Source: a virus
Taxonomy: Duplodnaviria; Heunggongvirae; Uroviricota; Caudoviricetes
Reading direction: 5' to 3' (one strand)
Virus record (IMG/VR): IMGVR_UViG_2563366827_000004
Coordinates: 1 to 37,588 of that record
Length of the DNA stretch: 37,588 nt
Shown: piece after piece, positions 37,397-37,588 of the stretch
How positions within the stretch are numbered: the stretch's first letter is position 1
How the letters are laid out: every line of letters begins with the position of its first letter
Translations under genes and position numbers: made by a program
Notes under the pieces: generated by a model
Databases searched by the model: none
Told to the model about the DNA's origin: nothing
The model's input: the letters and a program-made list of their open reading frames with translations, nothing else

Positions 37397-37588
37397 ATGA
37401 CCGATACCAGCCTGATTCCTGAGAAAGAAGTGATGAACAAGCTCGGTGTTTCATCACGTCAGACAATCTGGAACTATACCAAACGGCACGGATTTCCGAA
37501 GCCAGTCAGAACCCACCCCAAATCATACCTTCGTGAAGCTGTTGAAGGGTGGATTCTTAACGGTGGCGTTAATCAGAAATGCTCCTGA
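37397..37588 (+). CDS. xis: Excisionase / AlpA-family DNA-binding protein
   Basis: 63 aa from MTDTSLIPEKEVMNKLGVSSRQTIWNYTKRHGFPKPV...; GGAGA RBS; last gene before the expected int; stop is the final triplet of the window. Confidence 0.65.
   Translation: MTDTSLIPEKEVMNKLGVSSRQTIWNYTKRHGFPKPVRTHPKSYLREAVEGWILNGGVNQKCS

Larger units (their letters stand above)
1424..37588. mobile_element. Lambdoid prophage, P22-like virion module plus lambda-like lysis/regulatory module; runs past the window end
   Basis: Contiguous phage gene set from tailspike to xis. Left boundary inferred from where sbcB homology is lost; right end (int, other att) not in window. Confidence 0.85.

Overview
The window holds the chromosomal gene dacD (1-1167, minus strand), the dacD-sbcB divergent intergenic region, and then from about 1424 almost an entire lambdoid prophage that has interrupted sbcB after its 16th codon. 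The prophage is a mosaic. A P22-like podovirus morphogenesis block lies on the minus strand (tailspike, ejection proteins, tail needle, gp10, gp4, coat, scaffold, portal, TerL, TerS). It is followed by a lambda-type lysis cassette (S, R, Rz/Rz1), the lambda late control region (pR', 6S RNA, tR'), Q, a nin region carrying a Dam-like methyltransferase, a DnaB-type helicase, O with internal iterons, cII, nutR, cro, OR and cI. On the plus strand come a small membrane-protein gene in the rexAB slot, OL/pL, nutL, N, and an early-left accessory and recombination region ending in xis at the window edge; int must lie beyond 37588. No tRNA, rRNA or CRISPR array was seen. Protein identities rest on recalled similarity to lambda, P22 and E. 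coli proteins plus synteny; no database search was run, and coordinates of elements not anchored on the ORF track may be off by a base or two. The best candidates for an undescribed function are the cI-linked 3-TM protein, the N-linked 207-aa protein with its neighbouring repeat protein, the extra ORF between cII and O, and the small hydrophobic proteins next to xis.
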